From positions 1 through 33,372 of IMG/VR virus record IMGVR_UViG_3300020045_014929: 33,372 nucleotides of DNA; one strand, written 5' to 3'. Position numbers and translations under genes: made by a program. Below, piece by piece: positions 1 to 8,166 of the stretch; the stretch's first letter is position 1; the number at the start of each line of letters is the position of its first letter. The DNA comes from a virus. Its lineage: Duplodnaviria > Caudoviricetes. Below the pieces are notes generated by a model. The model was not told where the DNA came from and ran no database searches. It saw only the letters and a list, made by a program, of their open reading frames with translations.

Positions 1-7
1 GACGGCA

Positions 8-52
8 CGGGGCAGGTCTTTCTGCCCCGCCATCTGCCCGCCCCATCTGCCC
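8..52. repeat. GC-rich hairpin plus short direct repeats
   Basis: CGGGGCAG-gtcttt-CTGCCCCG perfect 8-bp inverted repeat (8-29); CCATCTGCCC at 30-39 and 43-52. Confidence 0.7.
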
Positions 53-60
53 CATTACTA

Positions 61-118
61 GAGCGCCCCACATCATACCTTATGGCTCGGACTCTTTGAG
101 CGCGATATCATACCTTAT
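61..118. repeat. Direct repeat pair
   Basis: ATCATACCTTAT at 72-83 and 107-118, each preceded by GAGCGC (61-66, 98-103). Confidence 0.7.
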
Positions 119-120
119 AG

Positions 121-129
121 TTATCCACA
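121..129 (+). promoter_or_regulatory. DnaA box
   Basis: Perfect TTATCCACA in the non-coding region upstream of the early genes. Confidence 0.6.
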
Positions 130-217
130 TTTAGCGATATTCTAAAAAATACTTTTTTTCTCGCTTTTTAAGCATTATAAAATAAAGCTCAAATAGAAAA
201 GAAAAAAAACTTGTGCG

Positions 218-258
218 CTTGACACCGACACCGACACCATGCTACCTATATATAGGTA
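218..258 (+). promoter_or_regulatory. Early promoter region with (GACACC)3 operator and 16-bp palindrome
   Basis: TTGACA at 219-224 overlapping three GACACC (221-238); perfect palindrome TACCTATATATAGGTA at 243-258; no clean -10 at 17-bp spacing. Confidence 0.6.
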
Positions 259-313
259 AAGAAATAGGTCGGGCTTTACCATATTAAAAACAAAACATAA
301 CCAAAATAAAAAT

Positions 314-595
314 ATGAATCAAAAAATCAAAGTGGAGAATATGGAAAGCTCAAAAGGCAACACTATCGCGAATCAATTTAGAATCATCACGGACGAGGGT
401 ATTTATTTCCAGAGCTATGCGAGCGTCATCGCTTTCATACCTAGAGCGAACCCTAATGCCGTGGAGCTAGACGAGCATTACTGGAATTACTCAAGGACAA
501 CGAGCAAATATCGCTCAATCTTTTTAGGTGAATCCACAGCCGAAACAAAGGCAAAAATTAACAGCGGGGATTATAAACTAACTAACTTAAATTAA
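314..595 (+). CDS. Conserved phage early hypothetical protein
   Basis: NQF..YFQSY.S.IA..W.YS.TT.KY pattern seen in small phage early proteins; first gene of a tightly packed operon. Confidence 0.8.
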   Translation: MNQKIKVENMESSKGNTIANQFRIITDEGIYFQSYASVIAFIPRANPNAVELDEHYWNYSRTTSKYRSIFLGESTAETKAKINSGDYKLTNLN

Positions 596-599
596 TTAT

Positions 600-803
600 A
601 TGAAATATTGCAAAGGGGAGAATTGTGAAGAGAGCGCAGTCAGCGCGTTTGAGGACGGCATTTGTGATAACTGCTGGGAGAAAATAGCAGAGCGTAAGCG
701 TAATTACTGGAGAGGTTTTAGAGCATGCGCCTTACTGGTCGCGGTTGTGCTAGTTGTTGGCTTTGTGGTCTGGGCTAACATTTTTATCAGCGCTAACAGC
801 TAA
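600..803 (+). CDS. Small Cys-rich protein with a C-terminal TM helix
   Basis: CxxxxC...CxxC followed by hydrophobic ALLVAVVLVVGFVVWA. Confidence 0.7.
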   Translation: MKYCKGENCEESAVSAFEDGICDNCWEKIAERKRNYWRGFRACALLVAVVLVVGFVVWANIFISANS

Positions 804-807
804 AACT

Positions 808-1062
808 ATGGCAGAAATAAAATGCGAGTGTGGTCAGAAGTTTCAGGGGCTAGAGGGTAAAGAAGACACATGCCCGAAGTGCTTAAAACAGGCAATGTGC
901 CCGCACGAAAAAATATCAGGCATTGAGAGTTATGCCGTGGATGGCTACATGGAGGATGGCACGATACACCTTAAAAGCTATGATGGCGGGCTGGATAGCT
1001 TGGAGTGCGAGAATTGTGGCAAGCAGTTTGATGTCAGCGCCGACAATATAGAATTTAATTAA
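808..1062 (+). CDS. Zn-ribbon hypothetical protein
   Basis: Likely start ATG at 808 (MAEIKCECG); CxC, CxxC and CxxC motifs. Confidence 0.75.
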   Translation: MAEIKCECGQKFQGLEGKEDTCPKCLKQAMCPHEKISGIESYAVDGYMEDGTIHLKSYDGGLDSLECENCGKQFDVSADNIEFN

Positions 1063-1066
1063 CACC

Positions 1067-1192
1067 ATGACAATCACTTACTTAAAACACATGCAGAAGT
1101 GGCTCGCGTCTTACGCGGGCAAAGCGGTCGGCGTAGGCGATACACCGGCGGACGTAATAGGGCAAGCACTAGAATTAATCACTAGAAACTAA
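1067..1192 (+). CDS. Small hypothetical protein (41 aa, not in ORF track)
   Basis: MTITYLKHMQKW...LITRN* fills the gap between neighbouring genes exactly. Confidence 0.6.
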   Translation: MTITYLKHMQKWLASYAGKAVGVGDTPADVIGQALELITRN

Positions 1193-1194
1193 AT

Positions 1195-1509
1195 ATGACA
1201 ATAAAAATAACAGTTTGGAATCAGAATCAATATACCAAGAAAGGCAAGCTAAAAAAGAATGCCAAGAGTGAGGCGGGTTTTATGTTCGCGGATGTTGAAC
1301 CGCTTACAGAGGGCGCAACGGATAAGTGGCTAAAAGAAGTGGCAGAGCGCTTGAAAGAGGATTACAGCGCTTTTGAGAGTCCGTATATCTTCACACACTT
1401 GAGCGCACGAAACAAAGCAGGTGAGAGGGTTTTAATCTTTGAAGAGGTCGGAGTCAAAGACGGGTATATATGCACAAGCCCCGTGAAATTACGAGAATTA
1501 GTGAAATAA
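1195..1509 (+). CDS. Hypothetical protein
   Basis: Operon packing, A-rich start context. Confidence 0.75.
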   Translation: MTIKITVWNQNQYTKKGKLKKNAKSEAGFMFADVEPLTEGATDKWLKEVAERLKEDYSAFESPYIFTHLSARNKAGERVLIFEEVGVKDGYICTSPVKLRELVK

Positions 1510-1513
1510 AAAC

Positions 1514-1717
1514 ATGGAAACATCACTATATGAAATTACTTTCAAAGACGGCAGAATATTTAGAGTATTTTGCGCGAACCGAAAGCAGAATCGGGACATG
1601 TTGCGGTTGCTTTTTAGAGAGCAGAGCAATATCAAGCGGGGCGGGCAGGAAGTGGTCAAGGTCGGAATCCACACAATGAAACAGTTTGAGCAAATTTTAT
1701 CAGCTAACAATAAATAA
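1514..1717 (+). CDS. Hypothetical protein
   Basis: Operon packing. Confidence 0.7.
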   Translation: METSLYEITFKDGRIFRVFCANRKQNRDMLRLLFREQSNIKRGGQEVVKVGIHTMKQFEQILSANNK

Positions 1718-1719
1718 TT

Positions 1720-1884
1720 ATGGAAAAGAAAACTTTTAGATTTGCAGTGAATCACATGGAGTATGGCTATGTTGATATTGAGGCAGAGAACGAAGAGCAA
1801 GCGCGAGAGCTTGCCGAAGAGGGAGGGTGCGCCAACATGGATGTGAACAAGTGCGACACAGAGATTGGAGAAATTATCAATTAA
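1720..1884 (+). CDS. Small acidic protein, DpnD/PcfM-like (54 aa, not in ORF track)
   Basis: MEKKTFRFAV...VDIEAENEEQARELAEEG pattern. Confidence 0.65.
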   Translation: MEKKTFRFAVNHMEYGYVDIEAENEEQARELAEEGGCANMDVNKCDTEIGEIIN

Positions 1885-1895
1885 TAAATAATTAT

Positions 1896-2504
1896 ATGGG
1901 AACAAGAAATTTAACAATGGTGATACACCAGAAGGAGACGAAGGTGGCGCAATACGGGCAGTGGGACGGGAATCCGTCAGGGCAGGGCGTGAATGTGTTG
2001 AAGTTTTTAAGGAAGTTTAATATTGAAAAATTTAAGCAGGACTTAAAAAGAGTGCATTGGATGACACCGACAGAAGAGAAAGCCCTTGAGGCATTAGCCG
2101 ACAACAACGGCGAGTGGCAGGATTATTTTCCACAGATTAGCCGTAATGTGGCGTCAGACATTTTGTTTATGATTGATGGTCGCAAGTTGGCTTTGCGAAA
2201 TGAAGAAGAGTTTGCGAGTGAGAGCTTGCACAATGAGTGGTCGTATGTGATTGATTTAGATAAAGAGCAGTTGGAGGTATACAAGGGCTTTCAGACGAAA
2301 CCCGTGCCGAAGAGCGAGCGCTTTGCTAAATACAATGAGAAAGCCGAGAAAGAGAGCATGGAGTTTACGGACTACAAAAAGGACGGAAGCCCGAAGAAGA
2401 AAAAGCACAAGTATTACCCGATCAAATTGGTGAAAATTTATAAATTAAATAATTTGCCGAGCGACAAGCAGTTTATAGCTGAATGTGAGCCGGAAGAAGA
2501 ATAA
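1896..2504 (+). CDS. Conserved phage hypothetical protein (MGTR...Y.QWDG.P family)
   Basis: Likely start at 1896 MGTRNLT; QYGQWDGNPSGQG and EWSYVIDLD motifs. Confidence 0.8.
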   Translation: MGTRNLTMVIHQKETKVAQYGQWDGNPSGQGVNVLKFLRKFNIEKFKQDLKRVHWMTPTEEKALEALADNNGEWQDYFPQISRNVASDILFMIDGRKLALRNEEEFASESLHNEWSYVIDLDKEQLEVYKGFQTKPVPKSERFAKYNEKAEKESMEFTDYKKDGSPKKKKHKYYPIKLVKIYKLNNLPSDKQFIAECEPEEE

Positions 2505-2508
2505 AAAT

Positions 2509-2673
2509 ATGGCAAAGAAAACAAAACTTGAGGACAAGGCGCCAGAGGATTTAAGCAATGAAGAGTTGCTCGCCTTACAGGACAGATACTATCAAGCCAT
2601 TGTGGATGATAGCGGGGACTTGGATAGATTATTAGAAATTGAGCGCGAGCTTACATTAAGAGAGAATCAATAA
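2509..2673 (+). CDS. Hypothetical protein
   Basis: Likely start at 2509 MAKKTKLE; operon packing. Confidence 0.7.
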   Translation: MAKKTKLEDKAPEDLSNEELLALQDRYYQAIVDDSGDLDRLLEIERELTLRENQ

Positions 2674-2674
2674 C

Positions 2675-2866
2675 ATGGCAAAAGAAAAAATATATAGCAT
2701 TGGAATTTTTGAGGAGCAGGGAGGATATTTGCAGGTGAAGGCGAAGAGCAAGAAGCAAGCCGAAGAGTTTGCACAAGAATTTGTGGACGACAACGGCTTT
2801 GACTTTTCACCGACAAAAAGATTTATTGGCTTAGAATCAACATACCGAGAGACACACTTGGTCTAA
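2675..2866 (+). CDS. Small protein, DpnD/PcfM-like
   Basis: GYLQVKAKSKKQAEEFAQE resembles 1720-1884. Confidence 0.65.
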   Translation: MAKEKIYSIGIFEEQGGYLQVKAKSKKQAEEFAQEFVDDNGFDFSPTKRFIGLESTYRETHLV

Positions 2867-2870
2867 ATAT

Positions 2871-3074
2871 ATGGATAACACACATGAGATAGTGGAGCGC
2901 CTAGCGCGCGAGAAGCAGTCAAAGGAAGTGGAGAAGGAAATGCTTGAGCTTGCGAATGCAGACATAAATACTTTCATAATGAGTTGCAGGATGAGTGGTT
3001 TCAAGTCAGGACTGAAGGTGGGGTTTTGGATTGGAATGATGGTCGCAATTATTATTTATTTTGTAGTGAATTAA
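2871..3074 (+). CDS. Hypothetical protein with C-terminal TM helix
   Basis: VGFWIGMMVAIIIYFVV hydrophobic tail. Confidence 0.7.
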   Translation: MDNTHEIVERLAREKQSKEVEKEMLELANADINTFIMSCRMSGFKSGLKVGFWIGMMVAIIIYFVVN

Positions 3075-3075
3075 A

Positions 3076-3273
3076 ATGGTGCTAAAGAATAAAATTGTGC
3101 GAGTGGTGGCGAATACTTACGGCGATCTTTTTGTGCATGTGTATGAGAACACGAAGGGGCAAGAGGTTGTCGGGACTTATAAATTTGATGGATGTATCGG
3201 AGGCGTGGATTTGGAGGTCGGAATCCCGAAAGGAAAAAGAAAAGAGTATGCTAAAATTATCAAATTAAAATAA
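3076..3273 (+). CDS. Hypothetical protein
   Basis: Operon packing. Confidence 0.7.
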   Translation: MVLKNKIVRVVANTYGDLFVHVYENTKGQEVVGTYKFDGCIGGVDLEVGIPKGKRKEYAKIIKLK

Positions 3274-3277
3274 ATAT

Positions 3278-3505
3278 ATGGCAAAAGTAAAACAGACAAT
3301 AAAGGTTTCTATACCAGTAGAAGAAATTGATCCGAAGACAATGTTTTTACACGAACATCTTGCGGACGGGGAATTAGGTGGAATGAAGTTTAGTGTTGAC
3401 CGCACTATGGGTGTTGGAAACTTAATGATTAGAGTGGATGGTCGCCTCTATTCAGTGGAGATACAGTCGGTCATCTCCGCAGTTATTCATAAGATAGTAA
3501 AATAA
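3278..3505 (+). CDS. Hypothetical protein
   Basis: Operon packing. Confidence 0.7.
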   Translation: MAKVKQTIKVSIPVEEIDPKTMFLHEHLADGELGGMKFSVDRTMGVGNLMIRVDGRLYSVEIQSVISAVIHKIVK

Positions 3506-3506
3506 A

Positions 3507-3683
3507 ATGGCAAACGAAAACATTAGAGAGGGTGTGAAGTGTGGCATGTGCGGTGAAGAGATGGAGCATATCCATCAGAGAGATACGCACATTTATGTGT
3601 GCGAAGCGTGTCCGTTTTTGGGGCTGGAGTATTTCAATCTGCCGAACCTTACGGACTTGCAAGAATTTATTAACAGAACATAA
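3507..3683 (+). CDS. Zn-ribbon small protein (58 aa, not in ORF track)
   Basis: MANENIREGVKCGMCG...YVCEACPF; two CxxC motifs; fills the gap. Confidence 0.7.
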   Translation: MANENIREGVKCGMCGEEMEHIHQRDTHIYVCEACPFLGLEYFNLPNLTDLQEFINRT

Positions 3684-3693
3684 TTAAATTACT

Positions 3694-3903
3694 ATGAAAA
3701 AATATATCATTGGTTTTGTGTTGGGAGCGGTGCTTGCGGTGAGTGGATCGGTATTTGCTAGTTTGGGTGGCGTAATTACGCCGGTGCAGAAGTTGCCAGC
3801 GATTGCCGGTGCGAAAGCTCCGGTCGTGAAGCTATCGCCGACAGAGATACGCTTTCGTGCGCTTGAATTAAGGGTCGCAAAATTAGAAGCTAAACAAAAA
3901 TAA
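3694..3903 (+). CDS. Small exported or membrane-anchored protein
   Basis: MKKYIIGFVLGAVLAVSGSVFA signal-peptide-like N-terminus; C-terminal coiled coil RALELRVAKLE. Confidence 0.75.
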   Translation: MKKYIIGFVLGAVLAVSGSVFASLGGVITPVQKLPAIAGAKAPVVKLSPTEIRFRALELRVAKLEAKQK

Positions 3904-3905
3904 AA

Positions 3906-4160
3906 ATGAAAACAGACAATAAAACAATAGGAATTACATTGCGGTTTTTTACTAACGACTTGCCGGAAAAGATCGGGAAGGGTTTGAAGCAGACACCATT
4001 TTGGAATGTCGGCACAGCTATCCTTGAAGGGAATAAAACTAAAGGAATAAAAGCTGATCAGATTGTGTTTCATTCAATGGAGGAAATACCAGCAGTAGTC
4101 AAAGAGATAATGCGAAGAGCAAAACTTACTATGGTGTGCGAGCTAAAAGGGAAAAAATAA
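3906..4160 (+). CDS. Hypothetical protein
   Basis: Operon packing. Confidence 0.75.
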   Translation: MKTDNKTIGITLRFFTNDLPEKIGKGLKQTPFWNVGTAILEGNKTKGIKADQIVFHSMEEIPAVVKEIMRRAKLTMVCELKGKK

Positions 4161-4162
4161 TT

Positions 4163-4318
4163 ATGGAAACAAATAAAGAAGGGGTAGATACGATCTACCA
4201 AGACAAAAAACTTGTGGCTATTGTGAAGCGGGACGATCACACCAAGAAGCACTTGGTCTACATGGTGCAGGAAGCCACGAGCGAGGATATTATTAACTTG
4301 ATTAACCATAAAATATAA
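4163..4318 (+). CDS. Hypothetical protein
   Basis: Likely start at 4163 METNKEG. Confidence 0.65.
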   Translation: METNKEGVDTIYQDKKLVAIVKRDDHTKKHLVYMVQEATSEDIINLINHKI

Positions 4319-4320
4319 AT

Positions 4321-4386
4321 ATGTCAACAACAATCGTAGTCATTATTGTGCTAGTGATAGTGTTTTTCATCTGGATTTCTCACTAA
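4321..4386 (+). CDS. 21-aa single-TM peptide (not in ORF track)
   Basis: MSTTIVVIIVLVIVFFIWISH*; starts 2 nt after the previous stop. Confidence 0.5.
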   Translation: MSTTIVVIIVLVIVFFIWISH

Positions 4387-4391
4387 AAAAG

Positions 4392-4420
4392 TTATCCACT
4401 TTTCCACACCCTTATCCACA
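4392..4420 (+). promoter_or_regulatory. DnaA box cluster
   Basis: TTATCCACT (4392-4400), TTTTCCACA (4400-4408), TTATCCACA (4412-4420). Confidence 0.7.
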
Positions 4421-4457
4421 TTGCGTTCGGTTCCGGTGGTGGTGTATAATTACACCA
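4421..4457 (+). promoter_or_regulatory. Sigma70-type promoter of the replication operon with inverted repeat over the -10
   Basis: TTGCGT (4421-4426), 18 bp, TATAAT (4445-4450); TGGTGTA-taat-TACACCA inverted repeat at 4440-4457. Confidence 0.7.
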
Positions 4458-4544
4458 GATTAAAAATCTCCTAGTCCGAGATCAAAATCTGGTCGGAATT
4501 ATCCGACTTACAAATTAAGATGGCGGTAGACCGCTAACATTATT

Positions 4545-5174
4545 ATGGGTTTAGAAAATCGTGAGGGTGGTAATTTTATTACCATATTGAACGGAAAGTT
4601 TTGTCAGCGTGTGCCAGAGGGAACTGCCGGTGCAGTATCTCGTGTGAATAAGTTAAATAAAACTGTTTACGAAAAGTTTTACGATCGCTTCACAGCGAAG
4701 CTAGTCGGAATCCGCACACAGGATGGTGCGTATGGAAAGAATTGGTTGTTTGATTTCCAAGACGAAGGGGAGGTTTATCATTTGCAATTAAGCTACAGCA
4801 ATTCTTTTGCGACAGCTTTCTTGAAGATGTTGCCGAACATTGATCTTACAAAGAAGATGCAAGTTTCTCCATCAGTGAAAGAAGTGGATGGAAAAAACAA
4901 ATCGTCTTTGTTCGTGAATCAAGACGGCAATCCGATCAAGCATGCGTATACTCGTGAAAATCCAAATGGCATGCCTGATCTAAAATCAGTGAAAATAAAG
5001 GGACAGGATATGTGGGACGACACAGAGCGCCTTGAATTCTTGCATGCGATGGTGGTGCGGGATATAATTCCTAAATTGCCAAAGCAAGAAGCAGTTGCTT
5101 CTACTCCGGCTCAGCAATCTGCTGAGGAGTGTCAACCAAGATTATTAGAAGTTAAAAGCAATGGTAAAAAATAA
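4545..5174 (+). CDS. Putative ssDNA-binding/replication protein
   Basis: First gene of the replication operon, directly upstream of the primase-helicase; beta-rich core and low-complexity linker; function inferred from position. Confidence 0.55.
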   Translation: MGLENREGGNFITILNGKFCQRVPEGTAGAVSRVNKLNKTVYEKFYDRFTAKLVGIRTQDGAYGKNWLFDFQDEGEVYHLQLSYSNSFATAFLKMLPNIDLTKKMQVSPSVKEVDGKNKSSLFVNQDGNPIKHAYTRENPNGMPDLKSVKIKGQDMWDDTERLEFLHAMVVRDIIPKLPKQEAVASTPAQQSAEECQPRLLEVKSNGKK

Positions 5175-7560
5175 TGTAAAAAAGTCGCAAATGTTGGAGA
5201 GTTTCCCCAACCATAAGTATAGATACATTGATCAAACCGGTGAAGGCCGGCCACCAGTGTCATCAAATACTCTCCGCCCTGATCTCAACGAGGCGGGGTA
5301 TGAAAGCTATTTCACAGTGAATGGCTTTGCTGATGCGAGCGACAATAGAAAAGACCAATGCACTAACTTGAATGCGTTTTTTGTTGACATAGACGGACGC
5401 AAAGACCCAAAAGAATTGGAAGCGATTAAAAAAATCCTTGAACCTAGTTTTATCACTGAGACAAAGAATGGATATCATTTATATTGGTTGTTGGATGAAG
5501 TGATCTACAAAGATGAAGTTTTTGGAAGTCCAACTTGGGAAGAGTATGTGGAGAGGTGGGAGCGCATAGAGCAGACAATCGTCTCCACGCTGAAAGCCGA
5601 TCCGGTAGTAAAAGATATCACTAGAATTTTGCGCGTGCCGGAAACTTTTTATTGGAAGAAGTCCGGAGACGCCTATAAAAAAGGAGTGGCCAATGCGCCA
5701 TTTAAGATCAAAGGTATACATAAAAATGTTCTCGCAGATTATTCCATGAGCCAAATGGAGGAGGCATTTCCTATTACGGCGTTGTCTCTTGATTCTACTT
5801 TGCCGAAAGTTTCACAGAATGAGAATATGAAAAAGTTTGCTGAGCAGGAGAAGGCAGAATTTTTCAAGATGGTGAATGAAGAATATCCGATTGATGAGCG
5901 TCCGAGTTTTCAGAAATTGATTAGCGCAGTGCCGGAGAGCTTGCCACCAAATAATAAGTCCCGCAATGAAGCGCTTTTGATTACAGCAACTTTGATGCGC
6001 CAAGCAGGGTGGAAAAAGAATGAGGCGATTGAACACATAAAAGAAGTGGGGTGGCACGGCATTGAAAAAGAAGGTGGCGGATGGCAAGAAATTTTGAATA
6101 CGATAAACAGTGCTTACAATTCTGGGTATGTGTATTCTCCTAAAAATGAATTGATATCTTGGAACACCAGTCCGAAGGAGCAACAGGAAATCACAAAGGC
6201 ATATACGGCCGTGGTGAAGAAGCGAAAAGAAATTGATAAAACTCGCTACACTACTTACGAGCGGGAGATCGCATCACGCCATCCGTATTTCAAAAAGAAT
6301 GAGGTGGGAATTATATTTGACTATGTGGGCGGGGTTTATAAAATGCTTTCTGATCAGGAAGTTTCAAACATTGTATTAAATGCACTGGAAGAGGATATGC
6401 TTTTGGGATATCGCACGCCGAAAAATGTGAAAGATAAAGTCGCGTGCTTGCTCGCCATCATCCCTGACTTGGAATTGTCTGACGACAAGGGAGTATATTT
6501 CAACGCACAGAATGGATTGGTGAATTTGATTACAAAAAAATTAGAACCGCACACTCCAAATTTTGTCTCGCTCGTGCAGTCGCCGGTAGCTTATGATCCG
6601 GATGCTGTGTGTCCGACTTGGGATGCTTGCATGGATGCGTGGATGGATGGGCCGGAAAAGGATCAGAAAATTGAAATTCTGCAACAGTTCGCGGGGTATC
6701 TACTCAGCTCTAGTATGTCTTACGCAAAAGCATTGTTTCTAGTGGGCGATGGTGGAAACGGAAAATCTACTTTCGCAGATACTCTCGGTATGGTGATTGG
6801 AGATGATGCCACATCCCGCATTGATCTTGAGGATTTGTATTCTATGTTCGGCTTGAAGGGATTGATTGGCAAGCGATTGAATGTGATCGAAGAGGTGAGC
6901 GGAAACTACTACCAGTCGCACAAGCTGAAAAAATTAATTTCGGGTGAAGAGCTGACGATCAACATGAAATACAAGGATCAGTTCAAGTTCAAGCCACAGG
7001 CAAAATTTATTTTTGCGGTCAACACCATGCCTCGCGTGGATGATTCATCTACTGCTACTGAGCGCCGTATCGCAGTTGTGCAGTTCAATAATAATTTCCG
7101 AGACAATCCAAATACCCAGCTCCGCTTTTCCAATGGTTTGCTTTCAAAAGAATTGCCGGGGATCTTGAATTGGATGATGAAGGGCACACATAGCTTGATG
7201 AAGCAAAAGAAATTTACCATTACGAACGAACAACAAATTGCATTACTAGAATACCGAGAAGAGAATTCATCTGTTGAAGGATTTATTGGCGAGTGCTTGA
7301 TTTTTGAGGAAGGCAGGGTTGGTTCTGCTCGTGAGCTCTATACTGAATATAAGCAGTATTGCATTAAGGATGGCCGGAAGTTCAAGGGCAACATTGCTTT
7401 TGTGAAAGAAATGAAAGCATACGGGAAACGCTACAATAAATTTCAATTTATTGAGAGGCAAAATGGAAAAGAGCCATCAAGATTTGAAGGGGTAGGAATC
7501 GATCCCGATTGGTCGAAGGATTCCGAATATTCAATGAATAAATTAAATAGAGAATTTTAG
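5161..7560 (+). CDS. Primase-polymerase (AEP/RepB-type) fused to D5/P4-family SF3 helicase
   Basis: FFVDID, TKNGYHLYW and RILRVP in the N-terminal primase; NGLVNL..LEPH (D5_N-like), Walker A GDGGNGKS, LIGKRLNVIEE, FAVN.MP, RR. Confidence 0.92.
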   Translation: MVKNNVKKSQMLESFPNHKYRYIDQTGEGRPPVSSNTLRPDLNEAGYESYFTVNGFADASDNRKDQCTNLNAFFVDIDGRKDPKELEAIKKILEPSFITETKNGYHLYWLLDEVIYKDEVFGSPTWEEYVERWERIEQTIVSTLKADPVVKDITRILRVPETFYWKKSGDAYKKGVANAPFKIKGIHKNVLADYSMSQMEEAFPITALSLDSTLPKVSQNENMKKFAEQEKAEFFKMVNEEYPIDERPSFQKLISAVPESLPPNNKSRNEALLITATLMRQAGWKKNEAIEHIKEVGWHGIEKEGGGWQEILNTINSAYNSGYVYSPKNELISWNTSPKEQQEITKAYTAVVKKRKEIDKTRYTTYEREIASRHPYFKKNEVGIIFDYVGGVYKMLSDQEVSNIVLNALEEDMLLGYRTPKNVKDKVACLLAIIPDLELSDDKGVYFNAQNGLVNLITKKLEPHTPNFVSLVQSPVAYDPDAVCPTWDACMDAWMDGPEKDQKIEILQQFAGYLLSSSMSYAKALFLVGDGGNGKSTFADTLGMVIGDDATSRIDLEDLYSMFGLKGLIGKRLNVIEEVSGNYYQSHKLKKLISGEELTINMKYKDQFKFKPQAKFIFAVNTMPRVDDSSTATERRIAVVQFNNNFRDNPNTQLRFSNGLLSKELPGILNWMMKGTHSLMKQKKFTITNEQQIALLEYREENSSVEGFIGECLIFEEGRVGSARELYTEYKQYCIKDGRKFKGNIAFVKEMKAYGKRYNKFQFIERQNGKEPSRFEGVGIDPDWSKDSEYSMNKLNREF

Positions 7561-7562
7561 CC

Positions 7563-7751
7563 ATGCCTGAAGGAGTTCCGGAAAAAGAATTTAATAAATT
7601 TTTCAAAGGGTGTTATAACAAAATCCCCTACCGGACTAGAAAGAAAGCTGAGGAGTTCGCCGACTTTCAACTCAGAAAATTTGGAAAAAAGTTGGTGCCG
7701 TATGATTGTGAGTATTGTAGAAATTATCATTTAACAACAAGAAAGAGATGA
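7563..7751 (+). CDS. Small Zn-binding phage protein
   Basis: C..K..Y...A...Y.CxxC..YHLT pattern. Confidence 0.75.
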   Translation: MPEGVPEKEFNKFFKGCYNKIPYRTRKKAEEFADFQLRKFGKKLVPYDCEYCRNYHLTTRKR

Positions 7752-7969
7752 GCCAAGAAATCACAAATTGGAAAGCGTTAGAAGATATGGAGTGTCCGAA
7801 ATGTGCGTGCGGATTATTGAAGAGCGAGATTGGATATAATTGCTGTAGCTGTAATTTCAAAATCCGAGAGAGTAAGTTTAATGACATCATCAACAGTATG
7901 AGTCGGCCAAAGAGCCGAATAGTCGAAGATGATTACGATCGAAATTTAGGGGACTTGAATAATTTATGA
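7748..7969 (+). CDS. Zn-ribbon protein
   Basis: CPKC...CCSC; ATGA overlaps with neighbours. Confidence 0.75.
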   Translation: MSQEITNWKALEDMECPKCACGLLKSEIGYNCCSCNFKIRESKFNDIINSMSRPKSRIVEDDYDRNLGDLNNL

Positions 7970-8166
7970 AAGATATAATAAAAGTAAAATTGTGGTGGTT
8001 GAGAAAAGGGGAGGAAGGATTTCTTTCCAGTAAGTTGTGGATGAATGGAGCAAACGCCAGACTGGCCGCAAAAGGTTTACATTTTGCTGATACAAAAAGC
8101 CATGAGGGGAAATCACAGTATAAAGTAATTCCTTGCGTGCTATTAATCCCAAAGAAAAAGAAATGA
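7966..8166 (+). CDS. Hypothetical protein
   Basis: ATGA overlaps at both ends. Confidence 0.65.
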   Translation: MKDIIKVKLWWLRKGEEGFLSSKLWMNGANARLAAKGLHFADTKSHEGKSQYKVIPCVLLIPKKKK

